Source: Patescibacteria group bacterium
GTDB lineage: Bacteria > Patescibacteriota > Patescibacteriia > Buchananbacterales > UBA6539
NCBI GenBank assembly: GCA_041662625.1
Contig: JBAZSB010000001.1
Coordinates: 118,467 to 182,466, forward strand
Length of the DNA stretch: 64,000 nt
Reading direction: 5' to 3'
Shown here: positions 10,702 through 21,164 of the stretch, in pieces
How the letters are laid out: each line of letters begins with the position of its first letter
Numbering within the stretch: position 1 is the stretch's first letter
The notes under the pieces: generated by a model
Database searches by the model: none
What the model saw: the letters and a program-made list of their open reading frames with translations, nothing else
What the model was told of the DNA's origin: nothing
Program-made: the position numbers and the translations under genes

Positions 10702-11760
10702 ATGTTCAACAAATTATTCAAAAAATTTTCCCGCGATGTTGGGATTGACCTAGGGACTTCTAATACCTTGATTTACGTTAAAGATCGAGGGATTGTGGTT
10801 AATGAGTCGTCAATTGTCGCCATCAATAATCGTAATGATCAGATTTTAGCGGTAGGTGAAGAGGCACAAAAGATGGTGGGCAAAACACCACCCCATATCA
10901 CAATTTCTAAACCTTTGGTTGATGGCATAATTTCTGATTTTGAAGTGACGGAAAAAATGCTTAAATATTTCATTGGCCGAATTTCTCGGGAAAGCTTTGG
11001 TCTTTCCCCACGGCCGCGAGTGGTAATTGGCGTACCTTTGGATGTGACGGAAGTGGAAAAAAAGGCCGTGGAAGACGTAGTCTTGTCTGCTGGCGCCCGG
11101 GAAGTTTATCTGGTGGAAAATGTAGTTGCTACAGCAATCGGCGCTAGGCTGCCAATTCAGGACCCGTCAGGCAGTATGGTCGTTGATCTGGGCGGTGGGG
11201 TTACTGAGATTGCCGTGATTTCTCTTTCTGGTGTTGTTGCCTGGAAATCACTGCGGACGGCGGGTAATAAATTGAATCAAGATATTATGCAGTTTGCCCG
11301 AAGTGAATTTAACTTATTGGTTGGTGAACGAGTTGCTGAAGATATTAAAATTAAAGCCGGTCGGGTAATGGACTCCGGTGAATCAGTTGAATTAAGGATG
11401 CGGGGGCGAGATTTAATGACTGGTTTGCCAAAAGAAGTTATTATTACCACCGACCAGGTTAGGCAAGCTCTCCAGCGATCAATTGCCACCATTATTGATG
11501 GCATTAAAAGCACATTAGAAATTACTCCGCCGGAACTAGTGGCTGACATTTACCAGCGAGGTATGGTTTTGGCCGGTGGGGGAGCAATGTTGGCTGGCTT
11601 AGATAAAATTATCGCTCAAACGACTAAAATACCGATTAAAGTTATAGAAGATGCCTTGACTTGCGCCGTTAGGGGCATGGGCTTGATTTTGGAAGATGAA
11701 AATTTGCTTAAAGAGGTCGCCGTGCCTTCGTCAACTCAAGAAGAAAAAAACTCTAGATAA
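10702..11760 (+). CDS. mreB: Rod shape-determining protein MreB
   Basis: GIDLGTSNT motif; first gene of mreBCD-pbp2 cluster. Confidence 0.95.
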   Translation: MFNKLFKKFSRDVGIDLGTSNTLIYVKDRGIVVNESSIVAINNRNDQILAVGEEAQKMVGKTPPHITISKPLVDGIISDFEVTEKMLKYFIGRISRESFGLSPRPRVVIGVPLDVTEVEKKAVEDVVLSAGAREVYLVENVVATAIGARLPIQDPSGSMVVDLGGGVTEIAVISLSGVVAWKSLRTAGNKLNQDIMQFARSEFNLLVGERVAEDIKIKAGRVMDSGESVELRMRGRDLMTGLPKEVIITTDQVRQALQRSIATIIDGIKSTLEITPPELVADIYQRGMVLAGGGAMLAGLDKIIAQTTKIPIKVIEDALTCAVRGMGLILEDENLLKEVAVPSSTQEEKNSR

Positions 11761-11792
11761 TATATGTATTCGTATTTATTAGCATCGCGTCC

Positions 11793-12608
11793 ATGTTTAA
11801 ATTTTTAAGACAAAGTCGATTATCCCTAATTTTATTAGCAGTGGCAGTTCTGCTAATTTTTTTGCATTATTCTGGTGTTGTTAGGCCAATTGAAAATTTG
11901 GCAATAAAAGTTTTTTCGCCTGTCCAAAGTCGAGTTTATTCTTTGGGTGTTAAAATTAATAATATTTATTCTAATCTTTCAGTGAATAAGGATTTAGCGG
12001 GGGAAAATCGCAGGCTGAATGAAGAAGTAAATCAGTTGACAGTTGCTAATTCTCAACTCAAAACCCAGCTTCAAGAATTTCAAGAATTCAAAGTTCAGCA
12101 AGATTTTGTTGCCTCGGCTGGCCTTGGGGCAATCGCTGCTAAAGTGATTGGTAAAAATCTAGAGCCTAATTCTCAGTCGATTATCCTTAATAAAGGCAGT
12201 GATGACGGGATTAGAGTTGATTTTCCTTTAATCACAGCTGATGGTGTTATTGTTGGCAAAATATCACGCGTTAAAGCCAGTAGCGCTGAAGCGATCTTAA
12301 TCAATGATTCCAGAAGTCGAATAGCGGTTTTGGTCCAAAATGAAGCAAATAGCCAGGGTGTGGTTGTTGGTGAACATGGTTTAAGTTTAAGAATTGAATT
12401 AATTCCTCCCAATGACCTGATTAAAGAAGATGATATGGTAGTGACTTCTGGCCTTGAGCCAACAATCCCGCGGGGGTTAGTGGTTGGTAAAATTAGTCGA
12501 ATTTTAAGTGAACCAAACAGTTTTTTTCAAACAGCAGCGATTCGGCCACAAGTTAAAATTGATAGTTTGACCGTAGTTACAGTTTTAATCAGTCCAGATT
12601 ATGACTAA
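11793..12608 (+). CDS. mreC: Rod shape-determining protein MreC
   Basis: TM + coiled coil + LNKGSDDGI, VVTSGL..IPRGL. Confidence 0.9.
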   Translation: MFKFLRQSRLSLILLAVAVLLIFLHYSGVVRPIENLAIKVFSPVQSRVYSLGVKINNIYSNLSVNKDLAGENRRLNEEVNQLTVANSQLKTQLQEFQEFKVQQDFVASAGLGAIAAKVIGKNLEPNSQSIILNKGSDDGIRVDFPLITADGVIVGKISRVKASSAEAILINDSRSRIAVLVQNEANSQGVVVGEHGLSLRIELIPPNDLIKEDDMVVTSGLEPTIPRGLVVGKISRILSEPNSFFQTAAIRPQVKIDSLTVVTVLISPDYD

Positions 12609-13143
12609 AATTTTAGTTAATTTATTTTCTCTAGTTATTCTCGGCATTATTCAGGTCAGTTTTTTAACGACTTGGTTGCCACCAATTAGTAATTTAAATT
12701 TGATTTTGAGTTTAGTGATTTTTTTGACAGTAATTATTAATTATCAAAAAGGCTTATGGTGGGCGCTGGGGGGAGGTTTGTTTCTGGAACTTTATAGTGG
12801 TTTAAATTTTGGTGTAACAACGCTTAGCTTAATTCTGGTTGTAGTGGAAATTAATTTTTTATTTAATAATTTTTTTACTAATCGTTCCCTTTATTCTTTA
12901 ATGATTTTAGGCTTTTTAGGCTCGCTTACTTATAATTTATTAGTTTTAATTTTTAGTTTGGTCGCTTCCGCTTTTGGTGTTTTTAGTTTAGGGATCAATT
13001 TTTGGCTTTATTTTTTCTGGCCGCCAATTTTAAATTTAGTTATTTTAGCCATTATCTTTTTTTCTTATTATATCTCAACGGTCAGACTAAAAAATATCTT
13101 TTTATTTCACTCATCAGGCTATGAAACAAAGGGCAAATTTTAA
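12601..13143 (+). CDS. mreD: MreD-like membrane protein
   Basis: Very hydrophobic; position between mreC and pbp2. Confidence 0.75.
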   Translation: MTKILVNLFSLVILGIIQVSFLTTWLPPISNLNLILSLVIFLTVIINYQKGLWWALGGGLFLELYSGLNFGVTTLSLILVVVEINFLFNNFFTNRSLYSLMILGFLGSLTYNLLVLIFSLVASAFGVFSLGINFWLYFFWPPILNLVILAIIFFSYYISTVRLKNIFLFHSSGYETKGKF

Positions 13144-15085
13144 TCCCTTTATTCTGACGGGCAGTCAGAAATTGAGGAATTATTCTGTAGCCACTAAATC
13201 CAAACGCCGGTGGTTTGAAGTGGATCTATTTAGTGATAAACAAAATCAAGAGGGAAATGATTCCCTTAGCCTTTTAATTAGTCAAAAAATTATCAATTGG
13301 TGGTTGATTATTATTTTAGTTGGGATTTTAGCCCTGGTGGGACGGACGGCCTATCTGCAGTTAGTTAAAGGTGATGATTTCCGGGCAATTGCTGAAGGTA
13401 ACCGAATCCGGATTAGAGATATTAAAGCGGCCCGGGGAGTAATTTATGATCGTAGCCGTAATTTATTGGTCGAAAATGTGCCTAGTTTTTCTTTAGCCAT
13501 CATTCCGGTTGATTTACCTAAAGATAAAGCTGAGTTACAGCAATTGGCCGAAGGCATTGCGCCGATTGCTCAGAAATCCGCCTCTGAGATTAATCAAATT
13601 TTAACTAGTCAACCGTTGTATTCTTATCAGCCGGTAGAAATTGCCGAAAATTTAAATCATGACCAGGCGATTTTAACCCAGATTCTTTCCAGCCATTTCA
13701 CCGGAGTAATTTTAAAGACTAATAGTACTCGTCATTATTTAACCACCATTGATCAACCAAGCTTATCCCATATTTTAGGTTATCCAGGTAAAATTGAGGA
13801 AGAAAAATTACAAGACTATTTAGCTGAAGGTTATTCCATTGATGATTATATTGGTAAAGCTGGCCTAGAGTTTTTTTATGAAACTGAGCTTAAGGGGGTT
13901 AACGGCCGGGAACAGGTTGAAGTCGATGCCACTGGCCAGGCGAAAGAAGTTTTAGCTCAGCAGAAGTCGATTTCGGGTCAAAACTTAGTTTTGACTATTG
14001 ATTCGGATTTACAAAAGCAGGCGCAAGACAGTTTATCCCGGGCTTTGGGTGCTTCTAGCAAAAAAAAGGGAGCCGTTATTGTTTTGGACCCTAATTCCGG
14101 GCAAGTTTTAGCCCTGGTTAGTCTGCCTGCCTTTGATAATAATTTATTTAGTCAGGGTATTTCCAGTGTGGATTTTAGTAAATTATTAGACGACTTGAGC
14201 CAGCCGCTTTTCTCCCGCGCCGTTTCGGGTGAATATCCTTCCGGTTCAACTTTTAAATTGGTGGTTTCTGCCGCTGCCTTGCAAGAAGGCATTATTAATG
14301 AATCAACCAGGTTTTTGAGCACTGGTGGCATTGCCGTTGATCGATGGTTTTTCCCCGATTGGAAAGCCGGCGGCCATGGCTGGACTAATGTGACAAAAGC
14401 CCTAGCCGAGTCAGTCAATACTTTCTTTTATATTATCGGCGGTGGCTACGAAGATTTCGTTGGTTTGGGGGTTGATAAGATGAAAGAATATGCGGAGAAA
14501 TTTGGTTTAAATAATAAATTAGGCATTGATTTACCCAATGAAGCCTCAGGCTTTTTTCCGAGTGTGGCTTGGAAAAATCAAACTAAAGGCGAGAAATGGT
14601 TTATTGGTGATACTTATCATGTGGCAATCGGCCAGGGTGATATTATAGTTACGCCCTTGCAGGTGGCTGCCTGGACTTCAGTTATTGCTAATGGTGGCAC
14701 GCTTTATAAACCGCACCTTATCAAAGAGCTATTGGATTCAGATAATCAAGTGACTAGTGAAATCAAGCCTCAAGTTTTGAATGAAAATTTCATTAGTCAA
14801 GAAAATATTGATATTGTTAAGCGCGGTTTGCGTTTAGCCGTAACTACGGGCAGCGCCAAAGGTCTATTTAGTCTGCCGCTTCCCGTGGCCGCCAAAACCG
14901 GTACTGCCCAATGGTCAAGTACCAAGCCGCCACACGCTTGGCTGACTGCTTTTGCTCCATACTCTAAGCCGCAAATTGTTGTAACGATTTTAGTTGAGGA
15001 AGCCGGCGAAGGCTCAAGCGTGGCTTTACCAGTAGCTTATGATATCATCAATTGGTGGGCCACTAATCGTTATTCATCAAATTAA
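13121..15085 (+). CDS. mrdA: Penicillin-binding protein 2
   Basis: RGVIYDR, GSTFK (SxxK), SVN, KTG motifs. Confidence 0.93.
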   Translation: MKQRANFNPFILTGSQKLRNYSVATKSKRRWFEVDLFSDKQNQEGNDSLSLLISQKIINWWLIIILVGILALVGRTAYLQLVKGDDFRAIAEGNRIRIRDIKAARGVIYDRSRNLLVENVPSFSLAIIPVDLPKDKAELQQLAEGIAPIAQKSASEINQILTSQPLYSYQPVEIAENLNHDQAILTQILSSHFTGVILKTNSTRHYLTTIDQPSLSHILGYPGKIEEEKLQDYLAEGYSIDDYIGKAGLEFFYETELKGVNGREQVEVDATGQAKEVLAQQKSISGQNLVLTIDSDLQKQAQDSLSRALGASSKKKGAVIVLDPNSGQVLALVSLPAFDNNLFSQGISSVDFSKLLDDLSQPLFSRAVSGEYPSGSTFKLVVSAAALQEGIINESTRFLSTGGIAVDRWFFPDWKAGGHGWTNVTKALAESVNTFFYIIGGGYEDFVGLGVDKMKEYAEKFGLNNKLGIDLPNEASGFFPSVAWKNQTKGEKWFIGDTYHVAIGQGDIIVTPLQVAAWTSVIANGGTLYKPHLIKELLDSDNQVTSEIKPQVLNENFISQENIDIVKRGLRLAVTTGSAKGLFSLPLPVAAKTGTAQWSSTKPPHAWLTAFAPYSKPQIVVTILVEEAGEGSSVALPVAYDIINWWATNRYSSN

Positions 15086-15099
15086 TTATTATATTGATA

Positions 15100-15128
15100 T
15101 TGACTTTTTAGGCAAAGGGTGATAATCT
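15100..15128 (+). promoter_or_regulatory. Sigma70-like promoter (TTGACT-17-TAATCT, extended -10)
   Basis: Hexamers and spacing read directly. Confidence 0.6.
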
Positions 15129-15164
15129 TCATTAGCTCTGCAGTCCTTTGCCTTTATTATCTCG

Positions 15165-15395
15165 GCAGGTAGAAGTCCCAGCCACGTCCTTTCCTTTGTC
15201 TGATCGAGGCAGAACATGCGACTCTTCCGCGGAGGCGCCTTCCCGTTGCTGCATGTGCAGAATCGGGGTTTTGATCAGAAAAGTCAAGGATGTTTCGCCT
15301 CGGGCGAGTAACGGCTTAAACTTCCAACTCGAAGTTTTCTTCCGGCTAGTGGTTTGTTACGCTAGCACCCGAAGAGCTTCTACCTGCTTTTCTTT
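15165..15395 (+). ncRNA. Putative structured RNA (~225 nt)
   Basis: 11-bp closing stem 15165-15175/15377-15387 followed by a T-tract; nested internal stems. Confidence 0.5.
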
Positions 15396-15404
15396 TTTAG
15401 AGGT

Positions 15405-15433
15405 TTGACTTTACTTTAGTGGGGGGTTATAAT
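15405..15433 (+). promoter_or_regulatory. greA promoter TTGACT-17-TATAAT
   Basis: Near-consensus hexamers, 17-bp spacer. Confidence 0.7.
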
Positions 15434-15598
15434 TAACGAAATAATTTTCGACTGTGGATAAGTCTTGTCTTAAATCCTGTGATGACAGACTGAGAGAACC
15501 AAGATAAGCACTACCTTAAAGATCTCAACAATGTTATAAAATTTTTATTCCCAAAAGGTTAATTTATCCTCTTTTTTTATAAATCAAAATTTGAAAAT

Positions 15599-16057
15599 AT
15601 GGGTCTTAATTATATCACTAAAGAAGGGCTGCAAAAGCTAAGAGAAGAGCTAGAATACTTGAGAAAGACAAAGATGCCTGACGTAGTTGAAAGGATCGCC
15701 CGAGCTAAAGAGCTTGGTGATTTATCCGAAAATGCCGAGTACCAAGATGCTAAAGACGAACAGGGTTTTATCGCTGGCCGGATTGCTGAACTCGAAAATT
15801 TAATTAATAAGTCAGAGATTATTCGGGCCAATGGTAGCAAGGAAGTCGTTAATATCGGTTGTACGATTAAAGTCCGCTGTGGCCAGGATGAATATAGCTA
15901 CACCATCGTTGGCTCTAACGAAGCCAATCCTAGCAAAGGCTTAATTTCCAATGAATCGCCCATTGGTCGGGCATTTTTGGGTTGCAAAAAGGGCGAGAAG
16001 GTTATTGTCACAATTCCTCGAGGTGAAATGGAGTGTGAAATTTTAGAGATTTCTTAG
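15599..16057 (+). CDS. greA: Transcription elongation factor GreA
   Basis: GDLSENAEY, ISNESPIGRA. Confidence 0.96.
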   Translation: MGLNYITKEGLQKLREELEYLRKTKMPDVVERIARAKELGDLSENAEYQDAKDEQGFIAGRIAELENLINKSEIIRANGSKEVVNIGCTIKVRCGQDEYSYTIVGSNEANPSKGLISNESPIGRAFLGCKKGEKVIVTIPRGEMECEILEIS

Positions 16058-16146
16058 TCAGCTTATTGATTTACTCAGGCCGCCGAAAAGGCGGTTTTAG
16101 TTTTGACTAAAGTCAGTATTTTTAGTAAAATATCTATATTAAACAT

Positions 16147-17616
16147 ATGGAAAAGACCTTGAACGACGAGTATCAAACCCGGCTAAATAAGCTGAAAAAG
16201 CTGAAAGAGCAGGGGATTAATCCTTATCCGGATAAATTTGAAAAGACTCAGCTTGTAGCTGAGGTTTTAAAGTTAAAACTGGGCAGCCAGGTTAAAACCG
16301 CTGGCCGGCTTTTGACGATCCGGGAAATGGGCAAGATTTGTTTTTGTCATATTTTGGACAGTTCTGGCAAAATGCAGATTGTTTTGAAGCAGGATGATGT
16401 TGATTTGAAGCAGTTTCTCAAGTTTTTTGACCCCGGCGATTTTATTGGCGTTTCGGGTGAAGTTTTCAAAACCCAGAAAGGCGAGATTTCAATTCTAGTC
16501 AAAGAATGTGTTTTGTTAGGCAAAGCTTTGCGCGGTTTGCCAGAAAAATGGCATGGTTTACAGGACCAGGAATTAAAATATCGCCAGCGCTATTTGGATC
16601 TGTTGGCTAATGATCAAACCTATCAGCGTTTTTTATTTCGCAGTGAATTCATTAAAGTTTTGCGGGAGTTTTACTGGAGTAAAGGTTTTGTTGAGGTGGA
16701 AACTCCGATTTTGACTAACGTTGCTTCTGGTGCTTTAGCTAAACCGTTTAGCACCCATTATAATGCTTTGGACCTTGATGTTTATTTGAGGATTGCGCCA
16801 GAAACTTATTTGAAAGAATGTATAATCGGTGGTCTGGAAAAAGTTTTTGAAATTGGACGGTGTTTTCGTAATGAAGGCATGGACCCTTCCCATCTTCAGG
16901 ATTTTACCATGTGCGAGCATTATGTCGCTTATTGGAACTATCAAGACAATATGAAGTTTACCGAAGAAATGTTTGCTGCAATTTTAGGTAAATTATTTGG
17001 CAGTCTGAAGATTGAAATCAAAGATCGGCAGGGGAAAATCCAAAAAATTGATTTTACCCCGCCTTGGCCAAAAGTTAGTTTTGCTGATTTAATTAAAAAA
17101 GATTGTCAGATTGATATTGATAAATTCGAAACTGCGGCTGACTTAAGAAAAGAGATCAAAAAGAAAAAAATTAAAATCAGCGATATTGATAGCCTCCAGC
17201 GGGGTAATTTGATTGATGCTTTGTATAAAACAGTTTCGCGCGATAAAATTATTCAGCCAACTTTTTTGATTTCTCATCCACTTGATCTATCGCCTCTAGC
17301 TCGGAGCAATGATAAAAAACCAAATACCGTCGATCGTTTCCAGTTGATCGTCAATACCTGGGAAATCATTAACGCCTATTCCGAGCTGGTTGATCCGCTT
17401 GACCAGAAAGAACGTTTTGCTAATCAGGCTAAGGCTAAGGCTGCTGGTGACATTGAGGCTCACGGCAAAGATGACGAATATGTTAAAGCCTTGGAACACG
17501 GTGCGCCGCCAATTTCAGGCTGGGGAATGGGTGTTGACCGAATTATTACTTTATTAACCCAACAAGATAATTTAAGGGATGTAGTGTTATTTCCGCTACT
17601 TCGTCCCGAAAAATAA
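16147..17616 (+). CDS. lysS: Lysyl-tRNA synthetase (class II)
   Basis: YRQRYLDL, LRIAPE, FRNEG, GMGVDR. Confidence 0.96.
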   Translation: MEKTLNDEYQTRLNKLKKLKEQGINPYPDKFEKTQLVAEVLKLKLGSQVKTAGRLLTIREMGKICFCHILDSSGKMQIVLKQDDVDLKQFLKFFDPGDFIGVSGEVFKTQKGEISILVKECVLLGKALRGLPEKWHGLQDQELKYRQRYLDLLANDQTYQRFLFRSEFIKVLREFYWSKGFVEVETPILTNVASGALAKPFSTHYNALDLDVYLRIAPETYLKECIIGGLEKVFEIGRCFRNEGMDPSHLQDFTMCEHYVAYWNYQDNMKFTEEMFAAILGKLFGSLKIEIKDRQGKIQKIDFTPPWPKVSFADLIKKDCQIDIDKFETAADLRKEIKKKKIKISDIDSLQRGNLIDALYKTVSRDKIIQPTFLISHPLDLSPLARSNDKKPNTVDRFQLIVNTWEIINAYSELVDPLDQKERFANQAKAKAAGDIEAHGKDDEYVKALEHGAPPISGWGMGVDRIITLLTQQDNLRDVVLFPLLRPEK

Positions 17617-17626
17617 TTAAAATTAT

Positions 17627-18121
17627 ATGGCATTAACTCTTGGTCAAATCATTTTTCGTTTAGTCCTAGCCGCAGTTTTGTCCGCCGCCATTGGTTTAGA
17701 GCGCGAATATCGGCATAAGCCAGCTGGTTTAAGAACTAATATCTTGGTGGCAGTTGGTTCAACTTTGGTCATGCTCACCTCAATTTATGCCGCTGGTATT
17801 ACCGATCAAGGTGATATTACGCGGATTGCTTCCGGCGTACTTACTGGTATTGGATTTTTGGGAGCTGGGGTAATTATGCGTGGTCGAAGTAAGGATCGAG
17901 AAGATGAGGAAATCGTCCAGGGTATTACCACGGCAGCAACAATTTGGATAGTGGCGGCAATTGGTTTGGCAGTCGGTTTAGGTTTTTATTCGGCCGCTAT
18001 CTTTTCCACCCTTATCGCCTTATTGATCCTTTTTGTTTTTAATAGCGAAAGAATTAGAGATAAATTAGACAATTTAGACAATTTGGATCAGAAAAATAGT
18101 AAAGTGAATAAGCATGAATAG
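17627..18121 (+). CDS. MgtC/SapB family membrane protein
   Basis: IGLERE..KPAGLRT, GIGFLGAG, GITTAATIW. Confidence 0.9.
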   Translation: MALTLGQIIFRLVLAAVLSAAIGLEREYRHKPAGLRTNILVAVGSTLVMLTSIYAAGITDQGDITRIASGVLTGIGFLGAGVIMRGRSKDREDEEIVQGITTAATIWIVAAIGLAVGLGFYSAAIFSTLIALLILFVFNSERIRDKLDNLDNLDQKNSKVNKHE

Positions 18122-18680
18122 AGAAACCGCTCAAAATTTATTAATTTTGCACCTAAAAGATCCGGCTAACTTGAACCATAGTCGGGAGTCAGAAGTAATA
18201 ATGAGAGCCTTAGCCGGCCATTTGGGAGAAGATCAAGATTATTGGGGCAATTTGGGCTTACTGCATGATATTGATTGGGAATATGGCGAAGATGTCCATT
18301 GTAAGAAATGCCGTGAAATTCTTGGCCAAGCGGGATTTGATGAAGAATTTATTGAAACAATTATTTCGCACGGTTATGGCGTTACGGCTTGCGGGGCGGA
18401 ATTAGCCGCTAAGCAACGCACGACTAAGCTTCAGCATTTGTTAGCTGCCGCCGAGACAATTACCGGTTTAATTTATGCCAGTGCCTTGGTCAGGCCGGAC
18501 AAGAAATTAGAATCAGTCGAGGTCAGTTCAATCAAAAAAAAGATGAAAGATAAATCATTTGCCGCCAAAGTTAACCGGGAAGTGATTCGGGAATGCGAGG
18601 CTGCCGGGATTCCGTTAGATGAATTTATCGCCATCAGTTTAAAGGCGATGAAAGAGATCGCCGGTGAAATCGGAGTTTAA
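18114..18680 (+). CDS. HD-superfamily hydrolase (HDIG-like)
   Basis: GLLHDID, KKKMKDKSFAAKVNRE. Confidence 0.88.
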   Translation: MNRETAQNLLILHLKDPANLNHSRESEVIMRALAGHLGEDQDYWGNLGLLHDIDWEYGEDVHCKKCREILGQAGFDEEFIETIISHGYGVTACGAELAAKQRTTKLQHLLAAAETITGLIYASALVRPDKKLESVEVSSIKKKMKDKSFAAKVNREVIRECEAAGIPLDEFIAISLKAMKEIAGEIGV

Positions 18681-18682
18681 TT

Positions 18683-19084
18683 ATGAATAAGGTAATGATT
18701 TTTGGCACTTTTGATGGTTTGCATCCTGGGCATTTAAATTTTTTTGAGCAGGCGAGAAAGTTTGGCGATAAATTGATTGTAGTCGTTGCCAGAGATAAAA
18801 ATGTAAAAAAAGTTAAAGGCCGATTGCCGAAGTTAGGTGATAAGCAAAGATTAATGAAAGTTAATAAAGCGATAAAGCAATATAGTAATAAAGCGGTTTT
18901 GGGCGGGCTAGGGGATCCGCTGGCAGTGATTAGGAAGTTTAAGCCAGACGTGATTTGCCTTGGCTATGATCAGAAAGGTTTTACCAAGGGTTTAGTCGGT
19001 AAGTTTCCAAAGATAAAGATTGTTAGACTAAAGCCTTACAAGGCTGATATTTACAAGTCCTCAAGAATTAATAAGGAATTATAA
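18683..19084 (+). CDS. Cytidylyltransferase-like protein (archaeal-type FAD synthase family)
   Basis: FGTFDGLHPGH, LGYDQ. Confidence 0.8.
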   Translation: MNKVMIFGTFDGLHPGHLNFFEQARKFGDKLIVVVARDKNVKKVKGRLPKLGDKQRLMKVNKAIKQYSNKAVLGGLGDPLAVIRKFKPDVICLGYDQKGFTKGLVGKFPKIKIVRLKPYKADIYKSSRINKEL

Positions 19085-19135
19085 ACTAGCCCCTAGGCGC
19101 CTAGAGCCTAATTCCTAATTCCTAATTCCTAAGAT

Positions 19136-20383
19136 ATGCTAGACATTAATAAAATTCGTAACGAAAAAGAAGCAGTCAAAAAAGCGCTTTTGAAAAGAAT
19201 TAGCGAGGCTGATTTTGATTTGGATGCAATTATTAAAATTGATGATTCTAGGCGTCAATTATTGGCTGAGGTTGAAGCTTTGAAAGCTGAAAGGAATAAA
19301 TTTTCCAAGACTAAGCCCAGCCCCGATATTATCGCCAAAATGAAAGCAACTGGTGAAAAGATCAAAGAACTTGATGAACAAGTTAAGGCGACTGAAACCG
19401 AACTGACTGAACGGCTTTCTGCTTTGCCTAATATCCCGGCCGATGATGTTTTGCCTGGTGGTAAAGAAAATAACAAAGTGATCAAAACTTTTGGCAAAAA
19501 GCCCCAGTTTAAATTCGAACCCAAAGATCATTATGATTTGGCCACAAGTCTTGGAATTATTGATTATGAACGGGCGGTTAAAATGTCAGGCAATGGCTTT
19601 TGGATTTACAAGGGGGCCGGAGCAATTTTAGAATGGGCGATTTTAAGCTATTTTATTAAATTCCATCAGGAAAATAATTATACTTTTATGATCCCGCCGT
19701 TTTTGCTGACTGAGCAGTCTGCTTATACTTCTGGACATTTGCCCAAATTCCGTGATGATTTATTCTGGACCCAGGATAAGCAATGCTTGGATGCCACAGC
19801 CGAGATGATGCTAGGGAATTACCATCGCGATGAAATTTTAAACGAAGAGGAACTACCTTTGAAATACGCCGCTTACTCAGCCTGCTTTCGGCGCGAAGCC
19901 GGATCTTACCGCAAAGAAGAGCGGGGGATGATCCGCGGCCACCAGTTTAATAAAATTGAAATGTTCCATTATGCCAAGCCGGCCCAGTCTTGGGATTGTT
20001 TTGCCGAATTAGTGAGCAATGCCGAAAAATTAGTGGAGGGCTTGGGACTTCATTATCAATCAGTCCAGTTGGCAGCTGCTGATGCTTCCGCGGCGATGGC
20101 AAAAACCGTGGATGTTGAAGTCTGGCTGCCCAGTATGAATACTTATAAAGAGGTTAGTAGTGTGTCTAATGCTTTAGACTACCAGGCTAGGCGGGGTAAC
20201 GTTCGATTTAAAAACAAGGCAGGTGGTAAAAACGATTTTGTTCACACTTTGAATGCTTCGGGTTTAGCCACTAGCCGGCTTTTGCCGGCAATTCTGGAGC
20301 AGTTCCAGAATAAAGACGGCAGTGTTGAAGTGCCAAAGGTTTTACAGAAATTCTGTGGTTTTAAGAAAATTGAAAAGAAATAA
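19136..20383 (+). CDS. serS: Seryl-tRNA synthetase
   Basis: TAE, FRREAGS, HQFNKIE, HTLNASGLA. Confidence 0.96.
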   Translation: MLDINKIRNEKEAVKKALLKRISEADFDLDAIIKIDDSRRQLLAEVEALKAERNKFSKTKPSPDIIAKMKATGEKIKELDEQVKATETELTERLSALPNIPADDVLPGGKENNKVIKTFGKKPQFKFEPKDHYDLATSLGIIDYERAVKMSGNGFWIYKGAGAILEWAILSYFIKFHQENNYTFMIPPFLLTEQSAYTSGHLPKFRDDLFWTQDKQCLDATAEMMLGNYHRDEILNEEELPLKYAAYSACFRREAGSYRKEERGMIRGHQFNKIEMFHYAKPAQSWDCFAELVSNAEKLVEGLGLHYQSVQLAAADASAAMAKTVDVEVWLPSMNTYKEVSSVSNALDYQARRGNVRFKNKAGGKNDFVHTLNASGLATSRLLPAILEQFQNKDGSVEVPKVLQKFCGFKKIEKK

Positions 20384-20465
20384 GGCAAAGTAAAAACCAC
20401 CCGCGACTTTGACAATTGTCCTTTTGTTGCTTTGGACATTGCTTCCAGTCGTCTAGGTGGTTTTG
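20378..20465 (-). terminator. Long imperfect hairpin ending cassette A (copy 1)
   Basis: aaaaccacc...ggtggtttt; paralog at 20847-20918. Confidence 0.65.
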
Positions 20466-20498
20466 GGGGGCGCGGTGCGGGCCGGGTCGGGATAGAGG

Positions 20499-20705
20499 TC
20501 AGAACCTCTCAATCCCGTCGGTCTGGACTCGGAAGAGTCCGTAACCGAAGGTCCCGATCGTGCCGGCGACCAACAGCAGCATGGCGCCGATGACGGGAAT
20601 CGTTCCCAGAGTGACCTCCGAGATCTTGTTCACCGTTTCGGTGCTGCCGGCGATGCCAGTAATGGTTGAAAGAACCAACGCTGCGAGAAACATGTACTTG
20701 ATCAT
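20499..20705 (-). CDS. Orphan 68-aa two-TM small protein
   Basis: SD GAGGAG upstream, own promoter (20763-20791), hydrophobic. Confidence 0.7.
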   Translation of the reverse strand: MIKYMFLAALVLSTITGIAGSTETVNKISEVTLGTIPVIGAMLLLVAGTIGTFGYGLFRVQTDGIERF

Positions 20706-20762
20706 GGTGACTCTCTCCTCTAGTTCTCTAGCATTTGCTAGATCCTCAGTTTGAATAATATA

Positions 20763-20824
20763 ATGATAACATATTTAAAGAAATTTGTCAATAGTAAATT
20801 GATAAAAATAGCTAAATTTAGTCA
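20763..20824 (-). promoter_or_regulatory. TTGACA-17-TATCAT promoter (extended -10) plus upstream palindrome TAGCTAAATTTAGTCA
   Basis: Read directly; same layout at 21417-21477, 43255-43314, 56932-56993, 63106-63167. Confidence 0.7.
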
Positions 20825-20975
20825 AATTATAGTTTAAACAAATCGAAAATAAGGCAAAGTGAAAACCGCCTGCGATTTTGACAGTATCCCGAAGGACTCT
20901 ATCAGAATCGAGGCGGTTCCTCGTGTGTTGGGTGGACTCGGACGCCGAGGCTTGGCGACTGGCGTCCTACGTCAG

Positions 20976-21122
20976 TTACTTCTGCTCAGCGTTTTGCCGA
21001 GCTTTTTCGTCGGCCGCTTCCATCAGACTGCCGACTCTGGTAAAGACTCCGCCTATCATGGCAATGATTGTCTCACCAGTCGTGGTTGCAGCCTTTGCCG
21101 GGTTACTACTCTGCTCACTCAT
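20976..21122 (-). CDS. Orphan 48-aa peptide MSEQSSNPAKAATTT...
   Basis: Hand-translated; GGAAGGA upstream; below ORF-track cutoff. Confidence 0.5.
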   Translation of the reverse strand: MSEQSSNPAKAATTTGETIIAMIGGVFTRVGSLMEAADEKARQNAEQK

Positions 21123-21164
21123 GGATTTCCTTCCGTTTTCAGGCTCGTGTGCCTGACTGCTTTG

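Noticed and set aside
2455-11760. Two mreB paralogs as a novelty
   Set aside because: Multiple MreB/Mbl paralogs are common.
15148-15408. 86-aa TTG-start ORF
   Set aside because: No SD, and it runs through the closing stem and T-tract into the greA promoter.
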